From the NCBI GenBank assembly GCA_031409335.1, contig JANNWY010000002.1, positions 1 to 64,000 on the forward strand: DNA of 64,000 bases, given 5' to 3'. Origin of the DNA: Chthoniobacteraceae bacterium. Its GTDB lineage: Bacteria; Verrucomicrobiota; Verrucomicrobiia; Chthoniobacterales; Chthoniobacteraceae. This document shows positions 49,428-59,441 of the stretch, piece by piece. Under the pieces are notes generated by a model. It searched no databases, was not told where the DNA came from, and saw only the letters and a program-made list of their open reading frames with translations. A program made the position numbers and the translations under genes. Within the stretch, counting starts at the first letter, position 1, and the number at the start of each line of letters is the position of its first letter.

Positions 49428-49650
49428 ACTGCTTCCCAAACGATTCCCGTGTTGAAAGCATCAAATCCAGCGCACGCGCATGATCCCGCACTCTCTCCGC
49501 AGGCGTCTTCTTCCAGCTCTCATACAGCATCACCGCATCCATCCCCATCGCCACGACCTCCCGCCACGCTGCCGTGTCCGGCACCGGGAGGAGCAGTGGC
49601 TCATCGAGCGGCATTCCGTGCGATGATGTGATCGTGAGCATGGCAGCCAA
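49414..49650 (-). CDS. Small hypothetical protein overlapping the nucleotidyltransferase gene (start uncertain)
   Basis: G-x-D-x-x-ML-x-x-x-x-x-x-TPAER helical motif; 14-bp overlap with the downstream gene. Confidence 0.55.
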   Translation of the reverse strand: MAAMLTITSSHGMPLDEPLLLPVPDTAAWREVVAMGMDAVMLYESWKKTPAERVRDHARALDLMLSTRESFGKQYGEP

Positions 49651-49653
49651 TTC

Positions 49654-50841
49654 CTAGGCTGCCTTCACCGCCGCCACGATCTTCTCCGCCGCGTCCGCGA
49701 TGTCGCTCCCGGTGATCACAGCCAGGCCGCTTCCGGCCAGCGTTTTCTTGCCGGCTTCCACGTTGTTCCCCTCCAGGCGCACGACCAGCGGGATGTCCAG
49801 CTCGGTTTCGCGCGCCGCGGCCACGATGCCATTTGCGATGACATCGCAATCCATGATCCCGCCGAAGATATTCACCAGGATGCCCTTCACGTTGGCATCG
49901 CTCAGGATGATCTTGAAGGCACTGGTCACCTGTTCCTTGGTCGCGCCACCGCCGACATCCAGGAAATTCGCGGGCCGTCCGCCGCAATGCTGGATGATGT
50001 CCATGGTCGCCATCGCCAAACCCGCCCCATTCACAAGGCACGCGATGTCGCCGTCCAGCCCGATATAGTTTAGCCCGAATTCCGACGCAGCAACCTCGCG
50101 CGGGTCTTCCTCCGACTTATCCCTCAATGCCACCACCTCGGCCTGACGATAGAGCGCGTTGTCATCAAAGTTAAACTTCGCATCCAGCGCCAGCAGCAAG
50201 CCATCGGGGGTCACCACCAAAGGGTTTACTTCGATCTGGGAGCAATCCCTTGCCATGAACAGGCGGAACATCGCGCCAAAGAGCTTGCCAGCCTGGGTCA
50301 TTTGCTTGCCTTTCAACCCCAATGCCGCGGCCAGCTTCCGGGTTTGATAGGCTTGCAGACCCAGCGCCGGGTGGATCGCTTCGCGGAAAATAAGATGCGG
50401 CGTCTTGTCGGCCACAGCCTCGATGTCCATGCCTCCCTCCGTGCTCGCGATCACGATCGGCGCGCTGCTGGCGCGATCCATTAGGATCGCGAAGTAAAGC
50501 TCCCGCTCGATATCCACCGCCTCCGCCACCAGCACCTTGCCCACCAACTTCCCATCCGGCCCGGTCTGATGCGTCACCAGCGTCTGTCCAAGCATTTTCC
50601 CCGCGATCTCTCCCGCTTTCTCAGGCGTCTCGCAGAGATGCACGCCGCCCTTGAACCCATTTGTAAAAGTCCCCTTCCCCCGCCCGCCCGCATGAATTTG
50701 CGCCTTCACCATGATCTTGTCCGTGCCGAGTTCGCGGGCCACGGCGATAGCTTCCGCCGCGGTCGTTGCCACGCGACCCTTCGAGGTTGCCACGCCGAAT
50801 TGCTCGAAAAGTTCGCGGGCCTGGTATTCGTGAATGTTCAT
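49654..50841 (-). CDS. sucC: Succinyl-CoA synthetase beta subunit
   Basis: [46 protein letters not shown]. Confidence 0.97.
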   Translation of the reverse strand: MNIHEYQARELFEQFGVATSKGRVATTAAEAIAVARELGTDKIMVKAQIHAGGRGKGTFTNGFKGGVHLCETPEKAGEIAGKMLGQTLVTHQTGPDGKLVGKVLVAEAVDIERELYFAILMDRASSAPIVIASTEGGMDIEAVADKTPHLIFREAIHPALGLQAYQTRKLAAALGLKGKQMTQAGKLFGAMFRLFMARDCSQIEVNPLVVTPDGLLLALDAKFNFDDNALYRQAEVVALRDKSEEDPREVAASEFGLNYIGLDGDIACLVNGAGLAMATMDIIQHCGGRPANFLDVGGGATKEQVTSAFKIILSDANVKGILVNIFGGIMDCDVIANGIVAAARETELDIPLVVRLEGNNVEAGKKTLAGSGLAVITGSDIADAAEKIVAAVKAA

Positions 50842-50848
50842 GGAAAAA

Positions 50849-50949
50849 GTTGAGAGTTGTTAGTCGAGAGTCGAGAGTCGCAGCGGTCAAAGAAGAGGCT
50901 GCGCCCTTGCCGACGCGGCTCTCAACTCTCAACCTTCCACTCTCCACTC
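50849..50949. repeat. Inverted arrays of 7-bp tandem repeats upstream of sucC
   Basis: GTTGAGA GTTGTTA GTCGAGA GTCGAGA ... CTCTCAA CTCTCAA CCTTCCA CTCTCCA. Confidence 0.75.
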
Positions 50950-50958
50950 CTCCGAAGC

Positions 50959-51483
50959 CTAGCCGCCCGAACCCACGTATTGCGCCGAGTAGGTCTCGAA
51001 CTTCGCGTTCGATCCCACGGATGGCGCCTTCTCCACATCATAGACGGTATTGCCGACGATCGACTCGGACTTGGTATCCCAGATCATCACCGCCTTTTTA
51101 GCCTTCGGCGAGGTTTTCGAATTCTTCTCCGTATCCACGGCGATGTAGCGCACGCGCTTCTTTTTCAGGGTCGCCTTTTTGGTCGGGGACATCCGTCCAT
51201 AGTAAACCTTCGCGCGCTGCTCGGCGACACGCCGCTGACGCTCCGTGGCCTGATGTTTCGCGATGACGAAGGCAGTCGCCGCAGCGATCGCGCCAGCCGC
51301 CGCGCCGATGGCAATGGATTGCCCGGTGCTCGCCCCGGCCGCCCGCGCGATCGAGCCCGCGGCGACACCGGTTAGCCCGCCAAACATGGCGGCATTTTCT
51401 CCGGGAGTGAGATTTTCGCAGCCCGTCACAAAGATCGCGGCGGTCGCGGAAAGGGAGGCAATGGAAGTAGTAAGGCGATTCAT
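50959..51483 (-). CDS. Glycine-zipper lipoprotein
   Basis: Lipobox VTGC; GGLTGVAAG...GAAAGAIAA; basic C-terminal domain. Confidence 0.75.
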   Translation of the reverse strand: MNRLTTSIASLSATAAIFVTGCENLTPGENAAMFGGLTGVAAGSIARAAGASTGQSIAIGAAAGAIAAATAFVIAKHQATERQRRVAEQRAKVYYGRMSPTKKATLKKKRVRYIAVDTEKNSKTSPKAKKAVMIWDTKSESIVGNTVYDVEKAPSVGSNAKFETYSAQYVGSGG

Positions 51484-51557
51484 GTCGCGCGTTGTATTGG
51501 CCACCCTGCGGCTGTGCAAGCGTTGAAAATGGAAAACTCGCCCACGCGTCGCGTCGC

Positions 51558-54500
51558 TCACTGCGCCGGTGCGCGCACGCGATAGTAGCGCGGCGCGGGG
51601 TCAGGCGCGCTGTCGGTGAAGGCGTGCGGGCTGCTCGTGGTGGCGGTGATGTCGCTGCCGAGCGGCGTCCATCCGGCGAGGTCGGTGCTCGTCATCACGC
51701 GATACGTTTTTCCCGCGATCGCGGGGAAAGTCACGGTGATGCTGCCGTCCGGGTTGCGCGCGATTTGCGTGATTTTGAAAACGCTGGCGGGATCGCCGGC
51801 GTCGGTGCCGGCAGCTTGTTCGGCGAGGTTTGATGAGCCGTCGCCATCCGCGTCGGCGGGTGCGCCGCCGGGCGACGCGGTGCCCGCAAACCAGCTCGTG
51901 GAGCTGCCGGGCGGGCCGCTCACGAAGTGGAGCGAGCTGCCATCCGCATCCGGCCACGGCGCGGCGCGCTGGTAGGTGAAGGTGAAAATCGTCGCGCCCA
52001 GCGCGCTGGTCAGCGTGAGGAGTTCGCCGTCGTTATCCAGCTTGCCGGTGTAGGGGCCGAGCGCGGTCGCGCCGGGATGCCGTGTGGCGAATTGCGCCGG
52101 ATTCCGCGCGAGGACGAGGAATGCGCCGGGCGCGAGCGTGGTGCCGCCGGGGAAGGTGAACGCGACGCCCGCGGTGAATGCGCACGCGCTGAGATCGAGC
52201 GCGGCGGCGCCGCTGTTTTGTAGCTCGATGAATTCAAACTCATCGCCATCGATCCCGCCAGCGCCGGGCGGATCGTAGCACAGCTCGGTGACGATGAGCG
52301 GCGAGAGATCCTGCCCTGGCTGGAAGGTCGCCGCGGTCAGCGCGCTCCATTCCCCGGTCGCGGTTTTTTTTGCGCGCGAGCGGACGGTGGTGAGCCCGGC
52401 GAGCGGGATGGGCGCGGAGTAAAGCGACGTGCCGACCGCACTCGGGTCGGTGCCATTCGTCGTGAAGTGCAGCGTGTAGCCCGCGCCGTTTGGCTGCGTG
52501 ATCGCGAGCGTGAAGCCGGGAGCGAACGCGCCGCCGTGTTGCGAAAACGCGGGCGCATTGAAGCTCGGATAGACGCCCGCATTTCGAAATCGAATGAGTG
52601 CGCGGCTGACGAACTGCGGCCAATACGTCGAATCCATCCACGCCGCGGCGGCGAGCCACTCGACCTCGCGCTTGAACGGCGTGGCGCGCTGGTAGTCGCC
52701 CCACCGCGCGCTCTCAGCGACGATGGCTTTGTCCAGCAGCGCCTGGATGCCGTGCCAGCGCGCGGACATCGCGGCTTGCGTGAGCGGCCCGCCATTGAAA
52801 AAAAGCGCCTGCACGCGGTCGCCGAACTGGCGCTTGAATCCGGCATTCGTGCGCGCGCTGCCGTAGAGCTGCGCGGGGCGCGCCGCCTGGTTCACGAGTT
52901 CGTAAAGGGTGCCGCTGGCGGTGTGCTGCTTGAGGATCGAGGTGTTCGAGATTTCCTGATCCCACGAGAGAAACTTGAAGCCTGTATCCGGATCGGTGCG
53001 GCGGCGCATCCCATACCAGTTTTTATCCGGCCAATCGTCCGCGCCCTGCGCGATGTGGATGATCATGTAGTCGATCAGATTGGCCACATCGAGCAGCACG
53101 GGATACGCGAGATTGCGCGTGCCGTTCGCATTGCGCCCTTGCGCCCGCTGGTAGGTCGCTTCGCTCGAAAAAGCGGTCGTGCCCGCGAGCGCGAGCAGTT
53201 GATCCCACGCGGCGCGCTCCCCGTCGGCGAGATTGTCGTAATCCTTCACCACATCCCACTCGGAACGCGCGCCGCCGAAATGCTCGGCGGCAAATTTGTT
53301 GTCGAGATGTTCGATGACGTTGATGAGCCCCCAATACACGCCATTCAAAAAAAGATGCGCATAACGTCCCCGCGCCGAAGTGCCGCTGGCGGCGAGATGC
53401 GTGGCGCGGAAAAGCTCGTCGCGGATGTAAGCAGCCTCCGCGCGTTTCCACCGCGTGTCGCCATCGACCACGGTGTTCGCCGAGTCCGAGCACGGCCACG
53501 TATCGGTCGAGAGCGACTTCAGCACGAGCCGGTCGAAGCTCGTGACGCCGCTGCCGGGAAAGACATCCTGATTCAGCGAACGCGCGCCGTAGTCGCCGGA
53601 AAAATTCAGGCTGAAACCGTGCTTCGGCGTGAAGTCTTTGCTGCGTGAAATGTTGCCGTGAATATTGAGCGCGCAGTCTTCCTGCCAGTTCGTGAGCGCC
53701 GCGGCGGGGTCGATCCATTCGGCGGAAACGGCGACCGCGGGCAGCTCCGGCGCCTGCTGCGAGCCGGTGAAGGAAGCCGAGCCGTAGAGCGCGACGATGT
53801 CGCTCAGTTTCCCCACGACGCTGATGGTCGGGATCGACAGCAGCGCGTCGGCGATGCTGTGTCCGGGCAGCGTCGAGCCAGTCACGTCCGGGTCCATCTG
53901 GTAATCGCCCGGATGCCCCGTCGGCCACGTCACCGGCCAGCCGGGTATCGCGGCCGGTTGCGCGGCGACTTGCGCGGCAAAGAGATAGGTTTGCGTGTCG
54001 GCGTTGGTGGCGAGCAGGCCGCTCTTGAATGCCGCGGCGCGCACCATCGTCGTGCCATTGATCGCGATGGTCGCCGTCGGTGGATTCACCTGCGCGCCAT
54101 TCGTCAGCGTCGGCACGCTGCCATTGAGCGTATAAACGAGCGTCGCACCCGGCGTGGCGCACGAGATCGTGGTGGAAAATGGCGCGCTGAACCAACCGCG
54201 CCCGACGCTGAACTGCGTATCCGCGACGAAGCCCGATACGCCCGCCGAGTTCGGCCCGCCCGCCGTCGCCGTCGGCAGGAAGCGGCCCGCCGTCGTCCGC
54301 GCTTTCGCCAACTCGGGCAGGATGAGCAGTTCATTGCTGGCGACGTTTTCATTCAGCGCGTGGATGGCGAGGACGTTCGCGCCCTGCGCGAGCTGCGCCG
54401 CGCCGCCGGGGATTTCCAGCGACTCCCACACCAGCGCCGCGACGCGTGTGCGATCGGCGGCGGCGGGCGAATTCCACTGCGGCACGGCGGGGGCATTGCG

Positions 54501-56027
54501 ACGCGCGATTTCCTCCCCGTTCAGATAGGCGACGAAACCGTCCTCATACTTCACGCGCAGCCGCAGCGTGTCGAAGTCCGCCGCGCCCGTGAACGTGAAC
54601 GGAAACCGCGCGTAAGCCGTCGCGTTCACCCCGCGCATCGGCAGCAGATTCGTGCCGATGAGATTCGTGAAGCCCAGCAGATTCAGCGGCGATGCGCCCT
54701 GCGCCAGCGCGCCGATTTCCACCGGGGAAAGCGCGCGATTCCACACCGCGAAGTCGTCCGCCTTCCCTCCATACGTCCCCCACGGCGCGTAGCCAAGGTA
54801 GAGCGAACGGATGAGCCCGATGCCCGGCGTGCTCGCCGTCGTCGTCAGCAGCGCGCCATTGAGCCAGATTTGCAGCGCGCCGTTTCCCTTCGTGAAAACG
54901 TAGTGGTTCCAAAGGCCGCGCCATTTCGTCGGGTCCGGCACGGAGACGAACGCGCGCTGACCCGCGCCGACCCCGCCGCAATCCCAATACACGACCGCGT
55001 CACTCCACGGCGTGTGCGCGTTCAGCACCCGCGTGCCGGTGCCGCCCGTCGTGCTGTCGCCGTAGAAAAGCGAATCCGGCTGCGGCTGCGTGGCGTCGCC
55101 GAAAATCCACACACTCACGCTCACCGCATCCGCGCTCGAAATCGAATCCAGCGCGCCCGTTGCGGCGGAGCCCACGCGCACACGGTTCGTGCCGGTGTTC
55201 GGAAAATTCATCGCGCGATCGCCCGCGCTTCCCGTGCGCCCGCCCGCGTTTGCCGTGAATGCCGCGCCGCCCTCGACCGTGCCGTGCCGTGCATTGCCGC
55301 TGAGGTCGCCGGCCTGCGTGGCGATCGCCGCGTCATTGAAATCGTAAAACAGCACGAGCCCCGCGCTCGCGCCGCCAATGTCGTAGCCCGCGCCTGCCGT
55401 GCCGCTGATCCACCCGCCGTCGGCAAATGTGGCGTGCGTCCACGTCGCGCCAAGCGTCGCATCGGTCGGAATCAGCGCGCGCGCCACCCCGCCCTGCTGC
55501 ACGAGATTCGGCGCGAAAATTTCCAGCGCCGTGCCGTAGCCGATGTCCTCGCGCTGCGCCGGGTAGTTGAGAAATTCCGACGCCACCGAGCCATCGGGCC
55601 GCTTCAGCAGCACGGACTCGCCCGCGTTGTTGAGCTGGAAATTCGTATGCAGCATCGCCGCCGGATTCGCGCGATTTTTCCCCGAGGCAAACACCACGAG
55701 ATACCCGCGCCCCGCCAGCGTCACCGCCGGGATGCGCCATTTCATCGGCACCGCCGGATCATCGCTCAACCACCAGCCATCGAGACTCACCGCCGTCGCC
55801 GTCGTATTCAGCAGCTCGATCCAGTCGGGATTCGCGCCATCTTCATCCGCCGCCGACGCCGCGTTCTCGGCGACGAACTCATTGATCACCACCTGCGCAT
55901 CCAGCGCGCCCGTGAGCAGGGCAAAACCAAAGACTGCGACGCGGCGGAAATTTTGCACGGCGGAGAGGAAGGCAGCGGCACGCTCAGGTCGAAACCGCGC
56001 CAAAGAGTTTTCTGTTCGGTATTTCAT
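51558..56027 (-). CDS. Secreted CotH-kinase-like protein with lamin-tail, LamG-like and Ig-like domains
   Basis: VVINEF...DWIEL (LTD), YTLNGSVP, LFLNGVYWG, DWPDKNW...WDQE (CotH-like), EFIELQN, C-terminal DADGDG..AE..AGTD. Confidence 0.8.
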   Translation of the reverse strand: MKYRTENSLARFRPERAAAFLSAVQNFRRVAVFGFALLTGALDAQVVINEFVAENAASAADEDGANPDWIELLNTTATAVSLDGWWLSDDPAVPMKWRIPAVTLAGRGYLVVFASGKNRANPAAMLHTNFQLNNAGESVLLKRPDGSVASEFLNYPAQREDIGYGTALEIFAPNLVQQGGVARALIPTDATLGATWTHATFADGGWISGTAGAGYDIGGASAGLVLFYDFNDAAIATQAGDLSGNARHGTVEGGAAFTANAGGRTGSAGDRAMNFPNTGTNRVRVGSAATGALDSISSADAVSVSVWIFGDATQPQPDSLFYGDSTTGGTGTRVLNAHTPWSDAVVYWDCGGVGAGQRAFVSVPDPTKWRGLWNHYVFTKGNGALQIWLNGALLTTTASTPGIGLIRSLYLGYAPWGTYGGKADDFAVWNRALSPVEIGALAQGASPLNLLGFTNLIGTNLLPMRGVNATAYARFPFTFTGAADFDTLRLRVKYEDGFVAYLNGEEIARRNAPAVPQWNSPAAADRTRVAALVWESLEIPGGAAQLAQGANVLAIHALNENVASNELLILPELAKARTTAGRFLPTATAGGPNSAGVSGFVADTQFSVGRGWFSAPFSTTISCATPGATLVYTLNGSVPTLTNGAQVNPPTATIAINGTTMVRAAAFKSGLLATNADTQTYLFAAQVAAQPAAIPGWPVTWPTGHPGDYQMDPDVTGSTLPGHSIADALLSIPTISVVGKLSDIVALYGSASFTGSQQAPELPAVAVSAEWIDPAAALTNWQEDCALNIHGNISRSKDFTPKHGFSLNFSGDYGARSLNQDVFPGSGVTSFDRLVLKSLSTDTWPCSDSANTVVDGDTRWKRAEAAYIRDELFRATHLAASGTSARGRYAHLFLNGVYWGLINVIEHLDNKFAAEHFGGARSEWDVVKDYDNLADGERAAWDQLLALAGTTAFSSEATYQRAQGRNANGTRNLAYPVLLDVANLIDYMIIHIAQGADDWPDKNWYGMRRRTDPDTGFKFLSWDQEISNTSILKQHTASGTLYELVNQAARPAQLYGSARTNAGFKRQFGDRVQALFFNGGPLTQAAMSARWHGIQALLDKAIVAESARWGDYQRATPFKREVEWLAAAAWMDSTYWPQFVSRALIRFRNAGVYPSFNAPAFSQHGGAFAPGFTLAITQPNGAGYTLHFTTNGTDPSAVGTSLYSAPIPLAGLTTVRSRAKKTATGEWSALTAATFQPGQDLSPLIVTELCYDPPGAGGIDGDEFEFIELQNSGAAALDLSACAFTAGVAFTFPGGTTLAPGAFLVLARNPAQFATRHPGATALGPYTGKLDNDGELLTLTSALGATIFTFTYQRAAPWPDADGSSLHFVSGPPGSSTSWFAGTASPGGAPADADGDGSSNLAEQAAGTDAGDPASVFKITQIARNPDGSITVTFPAIAGKTYRVMTSTDLAGWTPLGSDITATTSSPHAFTDSAPDPAPRYYRVRAPAQ

Positions 56028-56159
56028 TGGGGGAATCCGCGGCTGCATGTCGCAAGTACGGATGCGCCCATGCTCCGGCAAGGGGAAGTTTCCACACATG
56101 CCGAATGCGACGCGCAAGATTGCGCATCTCAACGGGCGTTCCGCCACTTCACGCGTGCC

Positions 56160-58979
56160 CTACTGCTTCGCCGCGAGTTCCTTTTCCGCCGCCTCCGCGA
56201 CCTCACCCATCGGTCGGCCATTGTGATCGGTGCCATCCTTGTAAGTCGTCTTCAACTCGCCGAACAACGACCGCGCCTTGTCCTTCTCGCCTTTGTCCCA
56301 AAGCGTCAGCGCCAGCACGAAGCGCCCGTAACCACCGACCTGACATCCGTTGAAGTAATAACAGTCGCTAAACTTCTCCACCGCGCGCGAGAGATATTCG
56401 AGCCGCTCCGCGCCCTCGCTCGCCTGACCGAGGTAAAGTGTGGCGCAACCCGTCCGATTGGCCTCGCCGTATTTTCCCAGCAATTGCTTCAAACTCTCCT
56501 TCGCTTCCGGGCTGCGTTTTCCCTTCGTGTTCGCGACTTGGTAAAGCGTCTCGATTTCCCCGAGTTGCTCAAAGGTGTAACGCTGCTTGTCTTCCGCAGC
56601 CCGCACGCGCGCCGCCTGCCGGTTTTTCTCCACCAAACGCGCCGCATCTTCCTTCCTTTTATCCTCGCCAGTATTTGCAGGTCGCGTCTCTGCCGAAGTT
56701 GCAGCGGCAGCGGGTTTGGATCCAAACACAACCTTCTGAACATTGGCCCCGCGACAAATACTGAGAGTATCATTGATCAACTTGTAGTCGGTAGCTGGGT
56801 CTCCGTAGATAAGAACTGAGTGATCGGCATCCAGTTTTGTGAGCGCATTAAGTTTCGTGGCCAGTCCTTCGAGCGAAATGACTTTTCCATTCAGCAAAAT
56901 CGAACCGTCCGCATTCACGTTGAGTTTCGTTTGATTCGCTTCAGTGGAAATTTTCTCCAAAGGCCGTGCTTCCAGAGCCGCGAGCGTTTCTTCAAAGTCT
57001 TTGCGCATATCCCCGGTCGCGCCGGGCTTCGCGAGCAGAGCTTTGATCGCAGGCGCTTGGGCCGCGTTGCCGTAAGCGCGCAAATTGCGCAGCGCATTGT
57101 TCCGCAGGTAAGGCACGCTGCGCGCCTCGATCATTTTCATCATCGCCTCCGCGACCAGCCCGAATTGCGCGCGATCCACACCTTGTTGCAAACCCCACGC
57201 CGAACGGCCCGCGATGTTCGTCGTGTCAGGATGCGCGAGCAATTCGATCAGCCGCTTGCACGACGCCTCGCTCTTGTTCGCCTGCGTGCTCAGCGTGCCG
57301 TAGAAAAAATTGTAGCCGACGCTGCCGTTGCTGGCCTGGTCGATGTCTTGGCAAAATTCGAGCACCTTCGCCTCGATCTCCGGCGAAAGTTTCACGCCCC
57401 ACATCGCATGCGCCACGCTGCGCGAATCGCGCGGCAGATTCGCCATCAGCTTGAGAATTGCGTCGCTCGCCGCCTTGTCCCGGACATCGTGTTTCTTGAG
57501 TTGAACGATCACGCCCGTCAGACGGTCGCGCACTTCAGCGGCAGCATCATCGGCGAGAGCGAAAATGCGTGGAAGGTCTTCCGGGTCAGCGCCAGTCATG
57601 GTGAAGGCGCTGGCCGCCGCCCCGCGCGTCGCTGCATCACTCGATGCAAGTAGCGCGCGCACGGCCGGCCGAAACGAAGCCTTGTCGAACTCGATCGGCC
57701 CGAGTTGCACAAATGCCGTCACACCCGCCCGCGCCTCATCCGTATTTTCACCTGTCATCGTCGCGCGGATGCGCTCGATCGCCGCCGCGCGCTTCGCCGG
57801 ATCGTCGAGTTGAAAAGCATCGGCGATCCACGCCTTCGCCTCGGTGGCGGCCTTTTGCGCGACTTCTTTGTCATTCGGTTTTGCAACTACATCTGCTGGT
57901 TTCGCATCGTCCGCCTGTGCATGAAAAATCGCGGCAAGCGCGAGCGCGGTGAGCAGCGCGGGAAGGCCGAGGCTCCACCCGCCGGTGGGTGATTCGACCT
58001 GCGCGGGTCGCACGATGCGCTGGATGCGTGCGAGCAGGCTGCCGCCGGTCGCGGCGAGTGCGGATTGCGAATCAAGTCGCAGCTCGGCCAACTGCGCGAG
58101 TGCTCCGACGTAAACGCGGCGGTCGGCGCAGATTTCGAGCGCGAGATCGTCCGCCGCATTTTCCCGCTCCTGCCGTGCGCAACGTCCGATCCACCAGATC
58201 GCGGGGTGATAGAAAAACAGCGTCTCGATGGCGACCTGCGCGAGATTGCTCCACGCATCGCGGCGGGCGAGGTGTGCGAGTTCGTGCGCGAGGATCGCTT
58301 CGATTTCCCGCTCGCTCAGGCCGCTGATGACCCGCAGCGGAAGCAGGACCACGGGCTTGAACAAACCGGCGAGCATCGGCACCGCGGCCTCCGCGGATTC
58401 CACGAGGCGGACTCCGGCGGCGCGTCCAAATCTTTCCAGCAATCGCGTGAAAGTCCGCTGCAATTCCGGTCGCGCGTTCGAACCGTTGCACCGCATTGCG
58501 CGCAGCCGCTGCCATCCGATACAATGCCGCGCTGTGAGCAGCGCGACGCCGAGCATCCACGCGGCGGAAATCCACGGGAGAAGCATCGCAAAATTCTCGC
58601 GCCACGAGCGCGTCGCACCGATCGGCGCATTCAGGGCGGGCGTCAGCGATGATGTTTTTTCTGACGAAACGAGTGACGCGGATTCGAGTGGATCGAGTGT
58701 CGTGCGCGGCGCGGCGATTTCTGCGGCCAGTGGTGATCCTGGCGCAGAAATCGTCACAGCATTCATCCGCCACGCCGAGCCCGCGACGCTCGCCGCAAAA
58801 GCGATTAGCCCGATCATGCAGACCGCATGGCGCGTTGCAGCGCGGCATTTTCGCGAGCAACGCAGCGCAATCGCGATGACGGCGGCGATGAGCGCGCCCT
58901 GCCACAGCGAATGGAGCAAGGCCCAGCCAAGGCGCTCGGCAAGTGTGATGAGAAAATCAGGGGACGTGTTCGGGTTCAT
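56160..58979 (-). CDS. BlaR1/peptidase M56 family sensor with HEAT-like, ExbD-like and TPR-like C-terminal regions
   Basis: LGWALLHSLWQG, AHELAHLARRD, FFYHPAIWW, ERENAADD; lies downstream of a BlaI-family gene. Confidence 0.85.
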   Translation of the reverse strand: MNPNTSPDFLITLAERLGWALLHSLWQGALIAAVIAIALRCSRKCRAATRHAVCMIGLIAFAASVAGSAWRMNAVTISAPGSPLAAEIAAPRTTLDPLESASLVSSEKTSSLTPALNAPIGATRSWRENFAMLLPWISAAWMLGVALLTARHCIGWQRLRAMRCNGSNARPELQRTFTRLLERFGRAAGVRLVESAEAAVPMLAGLFKPVVLLPLRVISGLSEREIEAILAHELAHLARRDAWSNLAQVAIETLFFYHPAIWWIGRCARQERENAADDLALEICADRRVYVGALAQLAELRLDSQSALAATGGSLLARIQRIVRPAQVESPTGGWSLGLPALLTALALAAIFHAQADDAKPADVVAKPNDKEVAQKAATEAKAWIADAFQLDDPAKRAAAIERIRATMTGENTDEARAGVTAFVQLGPIEFDKASFRPAVRALLASSDAATRGAAASAFTMTGADPEDLPRIFALADDAAAEVRDRLTGVIVQLKKHDVRDKAASDAILKLMANLPRDSRSVAHAMWGVKLSPEIEAKVLEFCQDIDQASNGSVGYNFFYGTLSTQANKSEASCKRLIELLAHPDTTNIAGRSAWGLQQGVDRAQFGLVAEAMMKMIEARSVPYLRNNALRNLRAYGNAAQAPAIKALLAKPGATGDMRKDFEETLAALEARPLEKISTEANQTKLNVNADGSILLNGKVISLEGLATKLNALTKLDADHSVLIYGDPATDYKLINDTLSICRGANVQKVVFGSKPAAAATSAETRPANTGEDKRKEDAARLVEKNRQAARVRAAEDKQRYTFEQLGEIETLYQVANTKGKRSPEAKESLKQLLGKYGEANRTGCATLYLGQASEGAERLEYLSRAVEKFSDCYYFNGCQVGGYGRFVLALTLWDKGEKDKARSLFGELKTTYKDGTDHNGRPMGEVAEAAEKELAAKQ

Positions 58980-59377
58980 GGTGCGAGTTCGTTGAGGAGT
59001 TTGCGAATTTCACGGAGTTCCGCGGCGGAGACTTTGCGCGCACCGAGCGCCTGCACGACCAGCTCCTGCACCGAACCGCCAAACGCGCGCTCCAGCAGGT
59101 CGCCGACCATCTGCTTTTTCGTGCGCGCCTCCGGCACCGCTGGCGCGAAAACGTGCGTGCGATCGCGATCCTCGCGCGAGACGAGGCCCTTGCCATTCAT
59201 GATCTGGAGAAAACGCAGGACCGTCGTGTAAGCGAGCGGCTCGGGGCGCGCGGCGTTCACCGCATCGAGCACTTCGCGGACGTTGCTCGGGCCGCGTTTC
59301 CACAGCACGCGGAGGATCGCGAGTTCGGCGTCGGTCGGGCGCGGCGGCTGCGGAATGAGAGGCGATTTTTTAGGCAC
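58976..59377 (-). CDS. BlaI/MecI/CopY family transcriptional repressor
   Basis: PTDAELAILRVLW-x-x-GP-x-x-VREV, LAYTTV, KGLV-x-R, FGGS. Confidence 0.92.
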   Translation of the reverse strand: MPKKSPLIPQPPRPTDAELAILRVLWKRGPSNVREVLDAVNAARPEPLAYTTVLRFLQIMNGKGLVSREDRDRTHVFAPAVPEARTKKQMVGDLLERAFGGSVQELVVQALGARKVSAAELREIRKLLNELAP

Positions 59378-59388
59378 GGGGCGAGCTT

Positions 59389-59428
59389 TACTAAGTTGTT
59401 AGTAGAACGTCTACTAATTTCTTAGTAG
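59389..59428. promoter_or_regulatory. Tandem palindromic operator for the BlaI-family repressor
   Basis: TACTAAGTTGTTAGTA (59389-59404) and CTACTAATTTCTTAGTAG (59411-59428), starting 11 nt upstream of the GTG start. Confidence 0.75.
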
Positions 59429-59441
59429 CATGGCCATCCTT

